Notes under the pieces: model-generated
Told to the model about the DNA's origin: nothing
The model's input: only the letters and a program-made list of their open reading frames with translations
The model's database searches: none
Shown here: piece after piece, positions 61,904 through 64,000 of the stretch
Layout: each line of letters opens with the position of its first letter
How positions within the stretch are numbered: the first letter of the stretch is position 1
Program-made: the position numbers and the translations under genes
DNA from: Mobula hypostoma
Lineage: Eukaryota
NCBI RefSeq assembly: GCF_963921235.1
Contig: NC_086118.1
Coordinates: 23,500,001 to 23,564,000, forward strand
DNA: 64,000 nucleotides
Direction: 5' to 3'

Positions 61904-63359
61904 AATCATCATTTCAAAACTTTCAGCTGATGAAATTTCTATTGCTATCTGAAAGACAACATTTTATATTTTCACGAACCTTTGAGTGAAAAAGTGTAAC
62001 ATCTCTAATGCTGAGACTGTGCCTCCTTAATCTGGGCACCATTAGCATAGGAAGCCGTTCCCAATTTATCCTTTCAAATCATTTAGAAATCTTAAGCAAC
62101 TTGAATAGAATTTGAACAGGAATACCAGAAACTCAGCTGCCAGTGAAACTACACAAATAATTGTAACTTTAGTTTTGCAAGCACAAAATTTCTTGTGTTA
62201 GAATGCATGTTCCACAACATCATGTTTTGAAATCTCTCTTTCCACAATTTGTCTATCTAAAAGTCAGTTGAAAGTGTTTTTGGAAGTACAGCACAGGTGA
62301 TACAATAGTTTGCAGTTAATCATCAAATTTAGGACAAAGTTCACCTCCAAATCTTCATCAGCCATTTTGACAATTCCAAAATAAAATGATAGAATATATT
62401 AGCAATTTAACCTGTGAAACATGTCTGAATCAATGTTAACATGTGAAAAATCCTGGACAACACTTTACTGGATTTACAAAACATAATGCAAGTAAATAGA
62501 AATAAGTTAATTTTGACATGTTATGTCCTTAGACATTAAAAGGCAAATTAACTTCTTCACAGATACCTTCAACATAAAGATTTCAATGAAACATATAAAA
62601 TAAATGCAAAAATGATAATTTGCCTTCTTAATTGACATTTCCTTGAGAAGTATTTCTGTAAGCAAAAATCATATTATTTTAGTTAGAATGTAAACAATAA
62701 AGATATTGGCTTATAAAGTATAAGATGCTTTAAAATTGTACAATAAATTAGTGCTGGGAGAAGCCCACAGCCAGTAATATTCTGAAGTGTACATGCTCAC
62801 AGCATCTTGTGTAGTTGACCAGAAGCCCAGGGAAGACAGGGACCATCTCTAAAGCATAACTCAACCCTTGTTATTCTCACCTCTTGTCTGCCATTTACAA
62901 CTTTGCATGAGCTACAGCATGTACGAATAAGAGTGCATGCCCAGTGTTTTCTGACTCAATTTCAGGATATTCACTGTTGGTACACTAAATGCCTGGATGG
63001 GTTTCAGAATCAATATATTCTTAGGCAATAGAAGGAGGCCAGTTAATCCACCAGTGCATGCCCCCAACTAGCTTAGTTCTGCTGCAATTTCCACGTTGCT
63101 CAGAAAGTTATTCTCTCTCAAGTTTCAATCAAGTTTTTTTCATTCCTATCATGTGCTGAGAACAATGCTGAATGATAGACTGTCTAGGCCATTTCTCTTT
63201 GTGCAGTGAATTTACATTGATATACAGCACCTCAGTTACTTTCTTTGTCATGTGACCATATTTTATAAGTGAGCTTTCAAAATTACAACAGCGGTGGCTT
63301 CAATGCTGACCCTGTTTTCACGTTCATTCTAAATGCTATGCAGACTGATACACAGCCGG

Positions 63360-63820
63360 GATTGAGTGGCTTGTCATATGGAGAGTGTTTGATGGCTGTA
63401 AACCTGTACTCACTAGAACTCAGAAGATGAGGGATGACCTTATTGAAACCTATTGAATGGTGAAAGACCTTGATAGAGTGGGTATTCCTTATGGTGGGAG
63501 AATCTAAGACCAGAGGACACAGCCTTGGAATAGAGGGGTGTCCTCTTAGAATGGAGGTGAGGAGGAATTTCTTTAGCCAGGGAGTGGTGAATCTGTGGAA
63601 TTTCTTGCCAAAGGCAGTTGTGGAGTCCATATTTTTATGTATATTTAAGGCAGAGCTTGATAGAGTCTTGCTTGGTCAGAGCATGAAGGGATATGTGGAG
63701 AAGGCAGGAGATTGGGACTGAAAGGAAAATTGGATCAGCCGTGATGAAATGTTGGAGCAGATGAATGGGCCAAATGGCTTAATTCTGCTCCTGTATGGTC
63801 TAACGGTCTAATGGTCTAAT
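63360..63820 (+). mobile_element. CR1 3' fragment
   Basis: ESKTRGHSL...EVRRNFFSQGVVNLWNFLP; (GGTCTAAT)n tail. Confidence 0.9.
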
Positions 63821-64000
63821 GGGAAGGAGACCCATATGGGGGTCCTGATTCATTTTCCTTTTATGAGCTTAGACTTGCTGAGGCCAACTTAACCACCCTA
63901 TCATCTCCTTCTCTATTAGCAGTTAATGTGGATGAACCGTTGATTAAATATAATATGTCTGTCTGGATCACTTGGCTGCACGCTACATAAATCCCAGGAC

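Overview
Eukaryotic, AT-rich (visually ~40% GC), CpG-depleted vertebrate DNA with no recognisable host protein-coding exon, rRNA, tRNA or CRISPR array. The repeat spectrum (CR1 LINEs with (TTTCTATG)n-type tails, Rex1/Babar LINEs, Penelope-like elements, a V-SINE-like remnant, L1, Gypsy and Tc1 relics) suggests an intergenic or intronic region of a cartilaginous fish, probably a ray; this is inference. All recognisable long ORFs are transposon-derived or their antisense shadows. Main points: (1) at least six Penelope-like termini carry decayed copies of a minimal hammerhead ribozyme, whose consensus AGTC-CTGAYGA-AGGG-TCTCGG-CCC-GAAA-CGTC-GACT can be rebuilt from the window alone. (2) A four-copy ~690-bp non-coding retroelement has a conserved 3' hairpin and shares its tail with a Rex1 LINE. 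(3) Two four-layer nested insertion stacks lie at 15.3-20.3 kb and 26.1-33.9 kb, with readable junctions and several TSDs. (4) A 33-bp fold-back hairpin sits inside a CR1. (5) Two CpG-retaining blocks (2.5-2.9 kb and 58.8-59.3 kb) are not explained by the repeats; the second is promoter-like and overlaps a Cys-rich ORF. Boundaries of old elements are approximate and family names are by motif recognition only.
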